Positions 53,495 to 63,924 of a stretch of 64,000 bases of DNA are shown here, in pieces. A program made the position numbers and the translations under genes. Each line of letters opens with the position of its first letter. The stretch's first letter is position 1. The notes beneath the pieces are model-generated. The model saw nothing but the letters and a program-made list of their open reading frames with translations. It was not told where the DNA came from and searched no databases. The DNA is from an uncultured Planctomycetales bacterium (lineage in GTDB: Bacteria; Omnitrophota; Gorgyraeia; Zapsychrales; JANLHA01), in assembly GCA_964474085.1 (NCBI GenBank), contig CAYYRJ010000008.1, positions 23,677-87,676 of the forward strand, read 5' to 3'.

Positions 53495-55618
53495 TTGATC
53501 AACGTGAATTCTGGCCAACAGTCCTATTTTATTTCCCGTTTTGTTATTCTATTCTCACTTTTGATTGCTGTGTGTTTGGGGGCGGCGTTATGGAATATTA
53601 ACCCCTGGCCCACCGACGCTGAAACGTATTATTTGCCGGCGGCGTTGCGCATCCCGCATATTCAATATCTTTCCGAAATCCATCTGACCGAAGGCATCGA
53701 AAAAGTTCGCTGGCTGCATGGCAAGGAATTTTATGTGGTCGGAATTTCACTTCTTCAGTTTATGCTCAATGATTTTGAAAGCCTGCGTCCCTTTATGCTT
53801 TTGGGCCTTGCTGCGATTGCGATCTCTTCGATTTTAATTTTTTATATTGCTCGGCGGCTGTGGGGAGAATGGATCGCTCTGGGGTGTTATTTTGCGTTTG
53901 CATTCAGTTTTTGGCCGTACATTTATATTCTTTTTGCCAAACATCAGACCTTGGGGTTAATGTTCTTTTTGTTTTCGGCTGTATTTTTGCTCAATTCAAC
54001 AAGGTTTCGTTTTGGGCCGGCATGGTTTTTATTGTCGGGCTTAAGTTTGGGCGCGAGTTTCTTTTCATCGACGGTCAGCAGTTTGTATATATTTTATTAT
54101 TTTGCTGTTTTTTTCTTTGTTTTCTTTTCGGAAAAATATAAAAGTTTTGGAAATCTTGTCAAAAGTCTGTTCGTGCGTGGACTTTTGGTCATCGTTGGAA
54201 CTGTCGGTGTTTTTATTTATGTGAATTTGCCGGATGTTTTTCTCAACATAAAAAATTGTGCCCAGTATGTGCATATCAGCGGGGCGTTCAATCATTTTTA
54301 TTATAATCAAGTAGCGTTACAGCAATGGTTTACCCATATTAACGTCGGGGAGATTAGAGCTGGCTGGATATGGGTTTTAAAATATCTTTTTTTAATCTTG
54401 CCGGTTTTGCTGCCCGTATATTTTGCGGGTGTCTTTTATTTGTGTGGGCGTATTTTTAAAGAAAAATCTTGGGGTTCGCGATTAAAAATTTTGGGCGTGG
54501 TTCTTTTGAGCATGTCTTCCCCGGCGATGGCGGATGCGGCCAAAGTGGCACAGTACGGGTCGAATTATTTTCCAACCATCGTCGGCATTATTCTTTTGAT
54601 CGCGTATGCGTTAAACGACTTGGCTAAAAAAATTGATTTTAAAGATCCGCTTGTCGTGACAAGGGTGCGCATTTTTTCTCTCGGGTTTTTGGTGCTGTAT
54701 GCGTCGATGAATCTGTATACTTTTGTTAACGATGTTTATGTCCCTCGCATGGCCACGACGTTTTTGTCGGAAAAAATCAAGTCGTTAGGCGTTGATCGTC
54801 TGGCGACTTATCGCGTGCATTTTCATCGGAATCAATTTGTGTTTTGTTTAAATGCAAAATTGCGCGAAAATCTCCATTGGTATGGCATCAAGTCTTTGGA
54901 TCAGCTGGAAGAAGGCTATGTGATTGTTCCGCCATCGACGGGAGATTCGATTTATGTCGCTTCATCAACGTCCTATAATAATTTTGACAAAGACCCTGTT
55001 TTAGTCGGTTTTCTTCGCAATGATTTATTAAAGAATTGTGCGGTAGCTTCTTATCGGACTTTGGCTAGCAGCCGGATTTGGCAGCAGGAAGAAGAAATTT
55101 TAAGTTACCGCGACTTGATTTTAAACCATCGGTTTCCGCAGGATGCGCTGGGCCGCGTTTGGCTCTTGGATGCCGCCAAGGTCAAGGCGCAAAAGGAAAA
55201 CATTAAATTTTCTTTAGAAGATCGTGTGCTTTTGTCGGGCAAAATTAATAATATCGGGACTGCCGAAAAGTTTTATATGTTCGAAGGCCAGCGTCTGGCG
55301 ATGCGTCAAACGACTGTCGTGCGTTTTCTTTTGACGCAGGTCTGGAAAAAAGGTAACCCGGATGATTCACTGGTTGCGTCAGTTTACCGGACAGACCCAA
55401 ACGAACCGATTTGGCTGCCTGTCGGCAAAAATTTTACTTCGCAACCTTTGACGGCGGAGGAAATTAAACCCAAGAGCGATGAGGGCGTTGCTGTTTTTTA
55501 TTTTAAAGAGCCGCTTGTCCTTAATCGCGGTGTTTACAATTTTGTGATTTACCGTACGGGAAAGCCCGACGACAAGAATTATTATCAGATCGACAACAGG
55601 CATTTTGCCGTCAAGTAA
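53495..55618 (+). CDS. GT-C superfamily membrane glycosyltransferase-like protein (ArnT/PMT-like N-terminal polytopic domain plus C-terminal soluble domain)
   Basis: About 12 N-terminal TM helices; TTG start is uncertain; hairpin terminator after the stop. Confidence 0.55.
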   Translation: MINVNSGQQSYFISRFVILFSLLIAVCLGAALWNINPWPTDAETYYLPAALRIPHIQYLSEIHLTEGIEKVRWLHGKEFYVVGISLLQFMLNDFESLRPFMLLGLAAIAISSILIFYIARRLWGEWIALGCYFAFAFSFWPYIYILFAKHQTLGLMFFLFSAVFLLNSTRFRFGPAWFLLSGLSLGASFFSSTVSSLYIFYYFAVFFFVFFSEKYKSFGNLVKSLFVRGLLVIVGTVGVFIYVNLPDVFLNIKNCAQYVHISGAFNHFYYNQVALQQWFTHINVGEIRAGWIWVLKYLFLILPVLLPVYFAGVFYLCGRIFKEKSWGSRLKILGVVLLSMSSPAMADAAKVAQYGSNYFPTIVGIILLIAYALNDLAKKIDFKDPLVVTRVRIFSLGFLVLYASMNLYTFVNDVYVPRMATTFLSEKIKSLGVDRLATYRVHFHRNQFVFCLNAKLRENLHWYGIKSLDQLEEGYVIVPPSTGDSIYVASSTSYNNFDKDPVLVGFLRNDLLKNCAVASYRTLASSRIWQQEEEILSYRDLILNHRFPQDALGRVWLLDAAKVKAQKENIKFSLEDRVLLSGKINNIGTAEKFYMFEGQRLAMRQTTVVRFLLTQVWKKGNPDDSLVASVYRTDPNEPIWLPVGKNFTSQPLTAEEIKPKSDEGVAVFYFKEPLVLNRGVYNFVIYRTGKPDDKNYYQIDNRHFAVK

Positions 55619-55726
55619 AGATTGCGAAGAAAACGCAATTTGCTTCTTTACATTTTTTAAACATTTATATATTATACCGGTTATTAAACCCGGATTTTGC
55701 ATTGGCCTCGCTTCTACGAGGCAAAG

Positions 55727-55876
55727 CAAAATCCGCCCAAAGGGCCGCATGTCTTAACAAAGTTAAGACGTGCGGGGTTAATCCTTGTCCCTGTGGGACA
55801 ACCGAAGGCAAATTTTGCATTTCCCTTTTTGTGCGCGACATATCGTCGCGCAATGTGGTGTAATGCAAAATTTGGG
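55727..55876 (-). repeat. Copy B of the approximately 150-bp multi-hairpin intergenic repeat (inverted relative to copy A)
   Basis: About 90% identical to the reverse complement of copy A. Stems are preserved by paired substitutions (gtcttaac/gttaagac in B versus gtctcgac/gtcgagac in A). Confidence 0.8.
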
Positions 55877-55910
55877 ATAAAATTTAATTTTGCTTCTGAT
55901 CGCGGGCCTA

Positions 55911-57011
55911 ATGCATTTTCAACAGATAGAACTTAAACAAACTCCCCTTTATGAGCAGCATGTTTTGCTCGGGGCTAAAATGGTTGGCTTTGGCGGTTGG
56001 GACATGCCCTTGCAGTATGAAGGGATTTTGGCTGAATATGCAGCAACCCGACGGGAAGTTTCGGTTTTTGACACTTCGCACATGGGCGAATTTATCGTCA
56101 CGGGCTCTTTGCAAACCTGTGGCTTGGATCGGTTGGTTACGCAGCGTTTAGGTGATTTAGCGCCCGGCGCTTGTCGGTATGGCGTTTTATTAAAGGAAGA
56201 TGGCGGCGTTTTAGATGATTTGATTGTTTATCGTTTAGCACAAGAAAAATGGATGATTGTCGTTAACAGCGCGACGATAGAAAAAGACGCATCGCAGTTT
56301 GCCAGCCATCTAGCCTCCGAGGCGCAATTTTCAAATATTTCTTCCTCGACGGGGAAATTGGATATCCAAGGCCCCAAATCGCGGGAGCTTCTTTCGCAAT
56401 TTATTAAAGGGATTGAAAAACTTTCCTATTATACCTTTGGCGAGTTTGACGTTTTGGGGACACAGGCAATCGTCAGTCGCAGCGGTTATACGGGTGAATT
56501 GGGTTATGAAATTTATTTCCCTTGGGAGCAGACTCCTGCTTTGTGGAACAAAATTTTGGCGTTGGGCGCTAAACCGGCGGGTTTGGGAAGTCGTGATGTT
56601 TTGCGCCTGGAGATGGGATATAGCCTTTATGGCCATGAATTAGGCGAGGATATTTCTCCGCTTGAGGCTGGCTTGGAACGATTTATCGACTGGGAAAAAG
56701 ATTTTATCGGTAAGTCGGTTTTGGTCAGTCAAAAACAAGCCGGGTTAAAGCGCAGTCTGATCGCTTTTGTTTCAGCCACCCGGCGTTCGCCGCGCAGCGA
56801 TTTTGAAATTTATTCAACCGACAGTAAAAAAATCGGTCATGTGACCAGCGGAACCTTTTCGCCGACGCTTGAAAAGGGAATCGGTCTTGGTTTTGTCGAA
56901 CCCGGATACGCAAAAATCGGGGAAAAGCTTTCCGTCGGTCAAGGACAAAATCGTTTTGAAGTCAGCGTTGTGGCCAAACCATTTTATAAACACGGAACTT
57001 TCCGCAAGTAA
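55911..57011 (+). CDS. gcvT: Glycine cleavage system aminomethyltransferase T
   Basis: LKQTPLYEQH...FGGWDMPLQY. The start is likely ATG 55911. Confidence 0.9.
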   Translation: MHFQQIELKQTPLYEQHVLLGAKMVGFGGWDMPLQYEGILAEYAATRREVSVFDTSHMGEFIVTGSLQTCGLDRLVTQRLGDLAPGACRYGVLLKEDGGVLDDLIVYRLAQEKWMIVVNSATIEKDASQFASHLASEAQFSNISSSTGKLDIQGPKSRELLSQFIKGIEKLSYYTFGEFDVLGTQAIVSRSGYTGELGYEIYFPWEQTPALWNKILALGAKPAGLGSRDVLRLEMGYSLYGHELGEDISPLEAGLERFIDWEKDFIGKSVLVSQKQAGLKRSLIAFVSATRRSPRSDFEIYSTDSKKIGHVTSGTFSPTLEKGIGLGFVEPGYAKIGEKLSVGQGQNRFEVSVVAKPFYKHGTFRK

Positions 57012-57028
57012 AAAGGAGTCAAGTACAA

Positions 57029-57414
57029 TGGAAGTGATCGAAGATTATTTTTACACGAAAGAACATGAGTGGGTCCGTATCGATGATAATATTGCGACCG
57101 TTGGGATTAGCGAATATGCCCAATCCGCATTAGGCGATATTACCTTTGTTGAATTGCCCGAAGAAGGGTTGGAAGTTGAACAATTTGAACAGTTTGCGTC
57201 CGTTGAATCTGTCAAGGCGGCCAGCGATATTTATTGTCCTATGTCAGGGACCGTCATTGAAGTTAACGAAGAGCTTGATTCATCACCGGATTTGGTTAAT
57301 CGTGATTGCTATGAAAAAGGGTGGTTGGTTAAAATCGAAATTTCAAATCTTGAAGATAAAGCGAATTTGATGACATCGGTCGAATATCAAAAATTTTTAG
57401 AAAGCCTGGAGTAA
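57029..57414 (+). CDS. gcvH: Glycine cleavage system H protein
   Basis: YTKEHEWV...ESVKAASD lipoyl-lysine motif. The ORF is listed from 56869 but the real start is ATG 57029 after AGGAG. Confidence 0.9.
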
Positions 57415-57419
57415 TTTTC

Positions 57420-58757
57420 TTGAATCCTTATATCGCCAATACGCAGGACGAAATATCGCAAATGCTTTCTGTCATAGGGGTTAAAACCATCGACGATCTT
57501 TTTGCGGATATTAAGCCTACTCAGCGGCCTAAAAGTTTTGATATTCCCTCCGGCAAATCCGAAATGCAAGTCGTCGAACACATTCGCCGCTTAGCTGCCA
57601 AAAACCGCGATGACCTTGTGCTTTTTTTAGGCGGCGGGTATTACGATCATTATGTCCCTTCGGCCGTCAGCGCCCTTATTTCGCGCGCCGAATTTTATAC
57701 CGCCTACACCCCATATCAGCCTGAATGTTCGCAAGGGACTCTGCAAGCGCTTTATGAATATCAGAGTGCGATTTGTGCCTTAACGGGAATGGACGTGTCA
57801 AATGCGTCTATTTATGACGGGGGAACGGCGCTTTATGAAGCGCTTATGATGGCGGTGCGTATTACCGGGCGCAAACGTGTCATTATGGACGGGGGAGTCA
57901 GTCCAATTTATCGTACGATTTTGCGTACGTACACCAAAAGCCTTGATATCGAATTTTTAGAAACCTCGGTCAGTCACGGTCAGGCAGATCGGTCGGCCAT
58001 TGCCAAACATCTGGACACAAATACCGCTGCGATCATTTTGCAGAATCCGAACTTTTTTGGAACCATCGACGATCATACCGACATCATAGCCCAGGCGCAT
58101 GCCAAGGGCATTTTGGCTATTGCCAGCGTTTATCCGATTGCGATGGCGCTTTTAAAAACGCCCGGAGAAATGGGTGCGGACATTGTGACTGGCGAAGGAC
58201 AAAGTTTGGGGCTATCGTTAAATTTTGGCGGTCCGTATTTGGGTTTTATGACCACGCGCAAAGAATTTATTCGAAAAATGCCCGGGCGTATCGTCGCCCA
58301 AACCGTCGATTCGTATGGCCGGCGGTGTTTTGTCAATACGCTTCAGGCGCGCGAACAGCATATCCGTCGGGAAAAGGCGACATCCAATATTTGTACAAAT
58401 GTCTCGTTATGCGCTGTTCAGGCGTCAATGTTCATGTCTCTTTTAGGAAAAGAAGGGTTGCAACAGTTAGCGCAGCTGAATTTAGACAAAGCCGAGTTTT
58501 GCCGCCAGCTTTTGGAAAAAATTCCCGGCGTCCAAGTCAAGCGCAGTAACCCGACGTTTAATGAGTTTACGGTTTGTCTTAACAAAGATGCTAATTTTGT
58601 GATTGAAGCGATGCTTGCCAAGGGTTTTGCCGCTGGGTTTCCGTTGGGCCGCTATTATCCGGGCATGGAAAACTATATGATTGTGGCGGTTACCGAAAAG
58701 CGGACACGCGAAGAAATTGAGCGTTATGCAGAAGCTTTAAAGGAAGTGCTCAAATGA
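57420..58757 (+). CDS. gcvPA: Glycine dehydrogenase (decarboxylating) subunit 1
   Basis: Split P-protein, N-terminal half; TTG start. Confidence 0.9.
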   Translation: MNPYIANTQDEISQMLSVIGVKTIDDLFADIKPTQRPKSFDIPSGKSEMQVVEHIRRLAAKNRDDLVLFLGGGYYDHYVPSAVSALISRAEFYTAYTPYQPECSQGTLQALYEYQSAICALTGMDVSNASIYDGGTALYEALMMAVRITGRKRVIMDGGVSPIYRTILRTYTKSLDIEFLETSVSHGQADRSAIAKHLDTNTAAIILQNPNFFGTIDDHTDIIAQAHAKGILAIASVYPIAMALLKTPGEMGADIVTGEGQSLGLSLNFGGPYLGFMTTRKEFIRKMPGRIVAQTVDSYGRRCFVNTLQAREQHIRREKATSNICTNVSLCAVQASMFMSLLGKEGLQQLAQLNLDKAEFCRQLLEKIPGVQVKRSNPTFNEFTVCLNKDANFVIEAMLAKGFAAGFPLGRYYPGMENYMIVAVTEKRTREEIERYAEALKEVLK

Positions 58758-60253
58758 AACTTATTTTTGAAAAAAGTGTTCCCGGCCGACATAGTTTTGG
58801 TCTTCCCTCAAGTGACGTGCGCGTCAAATGCCAGGTTGAGACCAAATATTTGCGTCAAGAGCCTGCAGCGCTGGCGCAGGTTACGGAACTAGAAGTTGTA
58901 CGTCATTTTACGCAGTTGTCGCGGCTTAATTACTGTATTGACACCAACTTTTATCCGTTGGGTTCGTGCACGATGAAATACAACCCTAAATTTACCGAAC
59001 GCGTCGCTAACCTAAGTGGCATGGCTGACCTACATCCTTTGCTGCCGCAATTGCGTCAGGGAGAAACGTTAACCCAAGGGGCGCTTGAAGTTTTGTATGA
59101 CTTAGAAAAACTCCTCTGCGAAATTACCGGGATGGACAACTATACGCTTCAGCCTTTGGCCGGTGCGCATGGCGAATTAACCGGAGTTATGATGATGGCC
59201 GCGTATCACAAGGCCAAAGGCAATAACAAAAAATATATTCTCGTTCCCGATTCCGCACATGGAACAAATCCGGCGACGGCTGCCATTGCCGGGTATGAAA
59301 TTATTACAATTCCTTCGAACGAAAAAGGCGTCATGGACTTGGCCTTGCTGAAGGAAAAAATAACGCCGGATGTTGCTGGCCTTATGATCACAAACCCGAA
59401 CACGGTCGGTATTTTTGACTCGGATATTGATCAGATTGCAGAAATGGTTCATAGCGTCGATGGGCTGATGTATTATGACGGGGCGAATTTGAACGCGATT
59501 TTAGGCCGTTGCCGGCCTGGGGATATTGGATTTGACGTGATGCATTTAAACGTCCATAAGACTTTTTCGACGCCTCATGGCGGAGGTGGACCTGGCGCCG
59601 GACCGGTGGGCGTTAATAAAAAGCTCGCCAAGTATTTGCCGATTTCGCGCGTTGTCAAACGTGCGGATGGAATGTTTGCGCTTGATTATGATTATCCCGA
59701 CTCGATCGGTTATGTCGCGTCCTTATATGGAAACTTTGCTCTGCTTTTGCGCGCGTATGCGTACATTTTACTTTTAGGCAAACAAGGCTTGATCGAAGCG
59801 AGCAATCACGCGGTTCTTAATGCGAATTATTTGCTCAAGAAATTGAAAAATAATTTTGACCTTCCTTTTGACCGGATTTGTATGCACGAAGTTGTCTTGT
59901 CGGCGGGCAAACAGGCATCGCGCGGCGTTCATGCGATAGACATTGCAAAATATCTTATCGATCAGGGCGTTCATCCTCCGACGGTATATTTCCCGCTTAC
60001 GGTCAAGGAAGCGATTATGATTGAGCCGACCGAAAATGAATCGAAAGAAACTCTGGATGATTTTGTTGCGCTTATGCTCGCCGCGGACGCTCTTAGTCAA
60101 AGTGCGCCGGAGAATTTTAAGGATTTCCCAAAGACCATGGCGGTCAGCCGTCCTGACGAAGTTAAGGCCGCACGGGATTTGAATACAAATTTTTTTCAGA
60201 AAGTTCCATCCGACGCTTCCGCAAAGAAATCTAAGCAACCTGCAGCCGCTTAA
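58754..60253 (+). CDS. gcvPB: Glycine dehydrogenase (decarboxylating) subunit 2
   Basis: PLP-binding NVHKTFSTPHGGGGPG (Lys) motif. Confidence 0.9.
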   Translation: MKLIFEKSVPGRHSFGLPSSDVRVKCQVETKYLRQEPAALAQVTELEVVRHFTQLSRLNYCIDTNFYPLGSCTMKYNPKFTERVANLSGMADLHPLLPQLRQGETLTQGALEVLYDLEKLLCEITGMDNYTLQPLAGAHGELTGVMMMAAYHKAKGNNKKYILVPDSAHGTNPATAAIAGYEIITIPSNEKGVMDLALLKEKITPDVAGLMITNPNTVGIFDSDIDQIAEMVHSVDGLMYYDGANLNAILGRCRPGDIGFDVMHLNVHKTFSTPHGGGGPGAGPVGVNKKLAKYLPISRVVKRADGMFALDYDYPDSIGYVASLYGNFALLLRAYAYILLLGKQGLIEASNHAVLNANYLLKKLKNNFDLPFDRICMHEVVLSAGKQASRGVHAIDIAKYLIDQGVHPPTVYFPLTVKEAIMIEPTENESKETLDDFVALMLAADALSQSAPENFKDFPKTMAVSRPDEVKAARDLNTNFFQKVPSDASAKKSKQPAAA

Positions 60254-60258
60254 TTGAA

Positions 60259-61002
60259 ATGATTCCGATCCGGGTTGATCATTTTAAGGATATTTCTTTT
60301 GCGGATCCCAGCGAGAATATTCTTTACGATGATGTGCTTTTGAGTTTGGCCGAAGAAGGCAAACTGGGGAACACTTTGCGGATTTGGGAGTCGCCTGTTT
60401 ATTTTGTTGTCTTAGGTCGAACAGGAAAAGTTGAAGAGGACCTCGACTTAGAAAACCTCAAGGCGGACGCTGTGCCGGTTTTGCGTCGCAGTTCAGGTGG
60501 CGGAACGGTAGTTCAAGGTGCCGGCTGTCTTAATTATTCTTTTGTCCTTTCCAAGGAAACGACCCCGGCTTTAAACGATCTGCGAGGTTCGTATCATATT
60601 ATTTTAGAAGGAGTTTTGACGCTATTATCCAACTTGAATATTAACGCCGTATTTCGTCCGATTTCGGATTTGGCCTTGCAAAACAGTGAAAAGAAATTTT
60701 CCGGAAACGCACAGCGGCGCGGGCGAAATTTTATTCTTCACCATGGGACAATTCTTTATGATTTTAATCTTGGACAAATTTCGCGTTATCTTAGGATGCC
60801 CAAAGATGTTCCCGAATACCGCAAGGGCCGCTCGCACACGGATTTTGTTACAAACATTACGTCGACAAAAAAAGATTTGATAGCGCAGTTTAAAAGTTGT
60901 TACCCTCCATCCGATAGTCAGATTTGTACCAAACCAACCTCTCAAGAACAGGATCGACTTTCTGAATTTGTGCGTTTGCGTCCCTGTGTTTTAAAATTTT
61001 AG
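60259..61002 (+). CDS. Lipoate-protein ligase / octanoyltransferase (BPL/LPL catalytic domain)
   Basis: RRSSGGGTV and KKFSGNAQ (catalytic Lys) motifs; located next to gcvH. Confidence 0.7.
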   Translation: MIPIRVDHFKDISFADPSENILYDDVLLSLAEEGKLGNTLRIWESPVYFVVLGRTGKVEEDLDLENLKADAVPVLRRSSGGGTVVQGAGCLNYSFVLSKETTPALNDLRGSYHIILEGVLTLLSNLNINAVFRPISDLALQNSEKKFSGNAQRRGRNFILHHGTILYDFNLGQISRYLRMPKDVPEYRKGRSHTDFVTNITSTKKDLIAQFKSCYPPSDSQICTKPTSQEQDRLSEFVRLRPCVLKF

Positions 61003-61097
61003 ACAGCAAAAAGTTTAAAAATTTTAAAGAGTTTGCGTTGACAGTCTTTATGCGCAATCTATAATAAAAAAGAATTTTTAAAAATCAGGAGCGGTAG

Positions 61098-61466
61098 ATG
61101 AAAAAAATTCCTTTTTTATTTTTTGTGATCGCCTTGGCCGTCGGTTCGGCAGTTTATGCGCAGTCTCAGGCTAAGGATAAATCCTCCGACGTTAAAGAAC
61201 CAAAGCCGCCGGCGCCAACTGCTTTTTGGGCCAAAGAGTTGCCCAAGGTCACCTCAAAAATCGAAAAACGTTACGATATCAACCGCGACGAGATTTTGCA
61301 AACTTCTGAAACAAAAATCTTTTTGCGCGATGTTCTGGCCGAAGTGGCGAATAAGACTAGTTTTAATGTTTCGGACAGCGTTTTGTTAAAGGCCTACGAT
61401 AAAAATAAAGACGGGATTATCAGCAAACTTGAGGTCGACGAAATCAAAAAAGATACTTCTTATTAA
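61098..61466 (+). CDS. Small secreted protein with two EF-hand-like calcium-binding loops
   Basis: Signal peptide; DINRDEILQTSE and DKNKDGIISKLE loops. Confidence 0.5.
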   Translation: MKKIPFLFFVIALAVGSAVYAQSQAKDKSSDVKEPKPPAPTAFWAKELPKVTSKIEKRYDINRDEILQTSETKIFLRDVLAEVANKTSFNVSDSVLLKAYDKNKDGIISKLEVDEIKKDTSY

Positions 61467-61473
61467 GGTGAAA

Positions 61474-62745
61474 ATGAAAAAATTTTGCTCGGTTCTTTCT
61501 GTGTTTTTTGTTTTTTTCTTCGGTTCTTGTCTGGCGCAAAGCCAAGAGACATCTTCCTCCCAAACGCCTGTTGCCCCAACCCTTCCCGCAACGGCCATGA
61601 CCCACGAGGATTATTTAAAGTTTTTCGAAAAGGTTTATGACACGATGGATAAGAATTACTACTATCCTGTTTCTCGTGACGTCTATGATCGTTTTGTTAA
61701 AAAGTTTGATCAAAAAATTTATTCGCGATTAAAAACCGCGGGTAAAAGTGCGGATTTTATCAAATGGCGCAGTGCCGCGTATCTTGTCGAGGCGATGAAG
61801 TCGTCGGAAGATATTTTTTCAGCCTTTATGCCGCCTAAGTTTGCTGAAAAATATGAAAAAGAAGCGCTCGGCAAAAAAATTGATTTAGGGATTGAAGGCA
61901 AGCTGACGCCCGACGGATATTTGCTCAGCAAGGTTGAAATCCGTTCCGATGCCTACGAAAAAGGTTTGCGCGAAAAAGATGTGATTCTTAAAATCGATGG
62001 CGTTTTAGTCGGGACTTTGACTGACAAAAAAATCATTGATCTTTTAACGCCGCTTGAGAATGCCAAAGTTCTTTTGGAGTATCGCGACAGTGTTAAAAAA
62101 GAAATTCATAGTATCGAAGCGATAAGCAAAGAGTATTTTAAGCAATTGGTCTTTATGGTCCCTGTCGATGTGCCGGGCGTTTATTGCTTTAAAATTGAGC
62201 ATTTTAACCGTATGACCGGTGAGGACATGACGCGGCTGATGGATGAAATTTTATCGTACGGGGACTCGAGCTTGATTATTGACTTGCGGGGAAACCCCGG
62301 TGGCCCGCCTTTGGCGGCGCAGGAAATTTCAGGGTTCTTCTTAACGCCGAAAGAACAGTTGACATATTTTAAGTGGAAAAATCGACCGCCGGCCAAGCTT
62401 TATGTCCCGGAATTTCCGGCAAAATACCAATATCGCGGCGACATTGCAATCCTCGTCAATGAAAAAAGCGGAAGCGCCTCCGAGCTTTTTAGCGGGATTA
62501 TGCAGTGGCGTAATCGGGCGATTGTTATGGGTAAGAATACCGCCGGACAAGTTTTTTTAAAGAGTATGTTTAACTTTGATGATAATTCGATGCTGCTTTT
62601 GGTGACCGCGCGCGGTCATCGACCCGACGGGGAAGTGTTTAGCTTTGGCGGTGTTGTTCCGAATGTGCCTGAGCCAGCGGATTCGAGTGATTTGATCCAT
62701 TATGCCGCAGAATATTTAGTGGCTCACAAGGCAAAAGCCAAGTAA
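61474..62745 (+). CDS. S41-family C-terminal processing peptidase
   Basis: IIDLRGNPGG and GSASE (Ser) motifs; signal peptide. The likely start is ATG 61474. Confidence 0.8.
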   Translation: MKKFCSVLSVFFVFFFGSCLAQSQETSSSQTPVAPTLPATAMTHEDYLKFFEKVYDTMDKNYYYPVSRDVYDRFVKKFDQKIYSRLKTAGKSADFIKWRSAAYLVEAMKSSEDIFSAFMPPKFAEKYEKEALGKKIDLGIEGKLTPDGYLLSKVEIRSDAYEKGLREKDVILKIDGVLVGTLTDKKIIDLLTPLENAKVLLEYRDSVKKEIHSIEAISKEYFKQLVFMVPVDVPGVYCFKIEHFNRMTGEDMTRLMDEILSYGDSSLIIDLRGNPGGPPLAAQEISGFFLTPKEQLTYFKWKNRPPAKLYVPEFPAKYQYRGDIAILVNEKSGSASELFSGIMQWRNRAIVMGKNTAGQVFLKSMFNFDDNSMLLLVTARGHRPDGEVFSFGGVVPNVPEPADSSDLIHYAAEYLVAHKAKAK

Positions 62746-62752
62746 TCGGCCT

Positions 62753-63112
62753 ATGAATATATTTCCGATTTTTGTCGTTTCGCAGGTGATTGCCATTAGT
62801 GTTATTGTGGTGATTTTAAAGCGAATCCTAGACGGAAATTTGGCCGATTTAGCGATAGGTCAGCTCGAGTCAGGGCGGGTGAATTTTAAAAAGAGTTTTG
62901 ATTCACCAAACGTTAAATTTGTGGTCATTACCCACAAAAAAATTGATGAGATTTATCGGGATCGAATTTTAAAAGCATTGGCAAAAAATATGGCCGGCAA
63001 AGTCGAGGTGGATTTTCAGATCGATGCTAAAATTTTGGGCGGCATGATTATCCGTTTCGGTGATAACACGGTGGATTGCAGTTTGATTGATCGTTTGCGG
63101 CGGGCGCGTTGA
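62753..63112 (+). CDS. Hypothetical membrane-anchored protein
   Basis: ORF with an N-terminal TM helix. Confidence 0.35.
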   Translation: MNIFPIFVVSQVIAISVIVVILKRILDGNLADLAIGQLESGRVNFKKSFDSPNVKFVVITHKKIDEIYRDRILKALAKNMAGKVEVDFQIDAKILGGMIIRFGDNTVDCSLIDRLRRAR

Positions 63113-63924
63113 AAATGGCTGATCCTAAAATTCTTGCTATTTTGCCGGCTTTTAATGAAAGCGGCAATATTGGTCAAACCGTTCGTGAATTGCAAAAGCT
63201 TTCTTTTGCTCTCGATATTTTGGTTGTCGATGATGGCTCGGTTGATCAAACAGCGCAACAAGCTCAACTTGCAGGTGCCAATGTCGTTTCGTTGCCGTTT
63301 AATTTGGGAATCGGCGGGGCTGTGCAGACGGGATTTTTGTATGCGCTTGCGAATGGTTATGATTTTGCAGTGCAGGTTGACGGCGACGGGCAGCATGATG
63401 CAGAGTATTTAAGAGTGATTTTAGACCCTGTTTTGAATGCAAAAGCCGATATTGTCGTTGGAAGCCGTTTTATGCCTGAGGATCGCGCAGCGACGTCCGA
63501 AGGAATGCCGAGCCCATCTGGGCCAGGCGTGGGCCGTCAATCTAGCTGGCGCTCATCGGCGATACGCCGTGTAGGAATTCATTTTTTTGCATGGTTGATC
63601 AGTGGTTTGACGGGGTTTCGTGTTACGGACCCGACGTCGGGGTTTCGTGCGTTTAATACAAAAGCGATTGAAACATTTGCTCAGAATTATCCGCAGGATT
63701 TTCCTGAGCCGGAATCGATAGTCATTGCCCGTTGTTTTGGGTTGCGGTTGATGGAAGTTCCGGTGCAAATGCGCAAGCGAGTCTACGGGCAGAGTTCGAT
63801 ACGGTATTTTAAAACGTTGTATTACATGATTAAAGTTACCGTCGCGATCTTGCTGGACATGCTAAAGAGTAGTAAATCGGGATACCATGTCGTCCCGATT
63901 GTCGAAAAAGGAAGTTTAAAATGA
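63109..63924 (+). CDS. GT2-family polyprenol-phosphate glycosyltransferase (DPM1-like)
   Basis: ILPAFNES...VVDDGSVDQT and DGD.QHD motifs. Confidence 0.8.
   Translation: MKMADPKILAILPAFNESGNIGQTVRELQKLSFALDILVVDDGSVDQTAQQAQLAGANVVSLPFNLGIGGAVQTGFLYALANGYDFAVQVDGDGQHDAEYLRVILDPVLNAKADIVVGSRFMPEDRAATSEGMPSPSGPGVGRQSSWRSSAIRRVGIHFFAWLISGLTGFRVTDPTSGFRAFNTKAIETFAQNYPQDFPEPESIVIARCFGLRLMEVPVQMRKRVYGQSSIRYFKTLYYMIKVTVAILLDMLKSSKSGYHVVPIVEKGSLK

Noticed and set aside
55697-55936. 79-aa plus-strand ORF upstream of gcvT
   Set aside because: It coincides with repeat copy B and hairpins, and is not coding.
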